Source: Podarcis gaigeae (taxonomy: Eukaryota). From it: a stretch of DNA of 64,000 nucleotides. The position numbers and the translations under genes are program-made. Every line of letters begins with the position of its first letter. Positions within the stretch are counted from its first letter, which is position 1. A model generated the notes under the pieces. That model did no database searches. It worked only from the letters and a program-made list of their open reading frames with translations, and was not told where the DNA came from. Shown here piece by piece: positions 61,601-64,000 of the stretch. Where the stretch lies: assembly GCA_964106915.2 (NCBI GenBank), contig OZ066923.1, one strand, 5' to 3'.

Positions 61601-63217
61601 CTGTCCAACACTGAGCAGCAAAACCTACCCATGGCAACTCCAGAGAAATGAAGAAGTTTATCTTCACCAATCATGACTTCTTCAATCAGCTTGCAGCTTC
61701 CTAGCTTCACCAATTCTGGATGGTCAAAAGTTGAAGCAATTTCACCACCTGAGAATGAATGCAACTTCGTGTTAGCCTTTTCCCACCACAAGTGTAAAAT
61801 AGTTTTTGTAACTGTTTACTTAGTAGACATACAAACCTGAACTTAAAAAAAAAAAGCTTTTATGAAAAGAAGTATGAGCAGTATGTATGTTCATCAGTCT
61901 CTCTCTCTCTCTGTGTGTGTGTGTTTTTTTTGTTTTAAAGAAACTACTATGCTGATATGCCACCTTTCACCTTAAATTATGGAGACATCCTCACTATCAT
62001 TGTGCGAAAAAAGTTTAAAAAATGTATTGGTAGCCAATTTCAGCTCTCATGGTTGGCCCACAAGCAGCAAAGAAGCTGGGTTCTTGTCAAACTTTCCCGA
62101 ATAGCTAAGAAAGAAATCAGATTTACAGTATGTTGTAAAAAAAAAAGAAGTGTAGGAGTAGGAGTTCAGATCCTTTGTTCAATGGATGGTACTTTGCCAT
62201 CAAGGTAAAGTATTTACTATGTGATTCCTGGCATATTTTTCAGTAAAAGGCGAAACCAGAGTACTATTGGCATGTTTTTTCTGGTGCTGCTGATTTACTT
62301 TTATTATGCAGTTGTGTTTTTTTTGGTTTTTTTACTGTACCACATTCTGGGATCCCTTGTGTAACAAAAGGCAGGTTAAAAATAATTCTGTACCTGTAAC
62401 AAGAGCTAGACGTTCAACTCCAGCAAAATCTGCATGTTCAATAGCCATAACGCCAGCAGCAGCAAACATCTGTTCTGGGTAGTTATAGATCAATTGCCTG
62501 TATTAAGAAAAGGTGCTCATAATAATGTGGCAGAAAACATATCTTAATTTATCTCAACAAAAACTTCCATAGTGCTTAACAGTACAATGATTTTTAAACA
62601 CTGTGTATGACTTTAACTGTTAAAGACTAGTAACCAAGGTTTTGTTCTTGGGTTCAACAAGCCAGGCTCTAGCTTTCATCCATGGTATGGCATGGCGGCA
62701 GCAGCAGCAGATATGAGAAAGGAGTGATATGGGAATGTCTGAGCACCTTGCACCAGAATGCTGTTTGCTCACACTAATCTACAGTTTGTTTTAAGCTGTG
62801 GTTTAAGGTGATGTGTGAACTGTGCCACTATGTAGTTACAGGCTTGTCAGCAGAGGCTCTGAAGGGTCAATCAGCATGTTCCAAACATCCCTCAGCATAA
62901 TACATACCTGTTGATAAAGCAGTTTATTCCATGCTTCAGAATACGTTCAACCTTCTCCTTCATTTTCTCTTTTTCTGCTTGTTCAATTTCTGCCACTTTT
63001 GCTGTGGAGTCCACTCTTACACGGGAGCCAAATATCTAAGAAATAAATATGGCAATATTAAGCAATAGCTCAACTGCTTTGACTACACTAGGATTTGCAC
63101 CACAAAAATTACGTACCTTAATTTTATCAGTATCCATGCCAGTATTTGCGATAAGGATTTTTGCATTTTCAATCCTTTTTGGCTGGTTGACCCCAATTTT
63201 TTTATCCAACAGAAAAC
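58658..63217 (-). CDS. CCT2: T-complex protein 1 subunit beta, 3' part (last nine coding exons; 5' exons lie beyond the window)
   Basis: Exons 63117-63217, 62908-63035, 62394-62497, 61629-61748, 60882-61010, 60676-60779, 59888-59987, 59434-59575, 58658-58688. [34 protein letters not shown] ... [13 protein letters not shown] ... [22 protein letters not shown]-stop. Confidence 0.96.
59434..59575 (-). CDS. CCT2: CCT2 penultimate exon
   Basis: [48 protein letters not shown]; acceptor ends in aag. Confidence 0.93.
59888..59987 (-). CDS. CCT2: CCT2 exon
   Basis: [33 protein letters not shown]. Confidence 0.94.
60676..60779 (-). CDS. CCT2: CCT2 exon
   Basis: [35 protein letters not shown]. Confidence 0.94.
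60882..61010 (-). CDS. CCT2: CCT2 exon
   Basis: [43 protein letters not shown]. Confidence 0.94.
61629..61748 (-). CDS. CCT2: CCT2 exon
   Basis: [40 protein letters not shown]. Confidence 0.94.
62394..62497 (-). CDS. CCT2: CCT2 exon
   Basis: [34 protein letters not shown]. Confidence 0.94.
62908..63035 (-). CDS. CCT2: CCT2 exon
   Basis: [43 protein letters not shown]; follows an 81-nt intron. Confidence 0.94.
63117..63217 (-). CDS. CCT2: CCT2 exon
   Basis: [34 protein letters not shown]; 101 nt. Confidence 0.94.
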
Positions 63218-64000
63218 CTAAAATGAAGAAGAATCAGACTTTCGTTATAGCAGCAAGGATTATTGGGCATATTTTATGAAACTGAACAGGTTGCCTGGGT
63301 CTCTTTTCACTCAAACTGTCATAGAAATAGATTCAAACACTTAGCTGAATAAAACAAAGCAGTATCCCCCCCCCCCCAATCATATGAACCATCAAGGAAT
63401 ACATAAGGCAGGCCAAAATGAAACAGTAACAGAATCAGAAGATACTTAGCTTCTTAAATGTAGATAATTTGAGGCTACTTCAGATGCTTAATTCGTACAA
63501 TACATTATGAAGTGACCCAAGTGCATAAATATGAAAAGGTTTCTCAGAATGGGCAAACATTCAGTTTACATAGGTAATCCTGTGATTTAAAACCATTCAG
63601 GAAGCAATGTAAACACTTACGTTTCACATCTATGGAAATAGCTTTCAGAGGCCCTTCTCTGCATGCAAAATACTACATTGGAACTTGCCTTCAAAATTTT
63701 ACCAAGGCTAATAGAAATATACAAATACTGGCTGCACTTATATATCACAGTAAGCCATAACCCATCTTGTTCCTTCCATTTTCAGCGCTATATCTGAACC
63801 AGTGATTGTGTTTGTTTTGCTCCTACAAACAATGAGCAGGAAGCAAAGAAGATTACAGATCAGTTTACTTAGAGTGAAACAAACTATGATCCCTGGTTTG
63901 GGCATAACACTAAGACAGGAATTGTGAGCTAGTTTTCTCCCAGTGCAAGCTTGTAGGAATAAAGCAGGCACCTTTTTTTTTTAACACTGTCTGGTGTTAT

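Overview
This is AT-rich vertebrate genomic DNA from a squamate reptile, most likely a lacertid lizard, judged from its Sauria SINEs, a BovB LINE fragment and lizard-type MITEs. I reconstructed four protein-coding genes by hand, all with GT-AG junctions and consistent phases. BEST3 (+) has 9 coding exons at 19571-34042 and encodes 680 aa. An intact 9-exon pepsin-family aspartic protease (-) at 41015-52871 encodes 403 aa and is best interpreted as nothepsin / cathepsin E-A-like. LRRC10 (+) is a single exon at 56295-57125. The last nine coding exons of CCT2 (-) lie at 58658-63217. A CpG island at about 11.6-12.3 kb has a minus-strand splice donor and is probably the RAB3IP promoter and first exon (synteny inference only). 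The most interesting signal is the nothepsin gene, which sits head-to-head with cardiac LRRC10. It has a TATA promoter, and 2.5 kb upstream there is a compact module made of a near-perfect estrogen response element, a GATA site and an HNF1-like site. This is a candidate estrogen-driven liver enhancer. Introns and intergenic DNA hold many transposons with readable target-site duplications (TSDs). These include three young hAT MITEs carrying telomere-like CCCTAA motifs clustered in BEST3, two solo LTRs and several nested insertions. There is one 148-N assembly gap. Most ORFs in the supplied track are non-coding noise.
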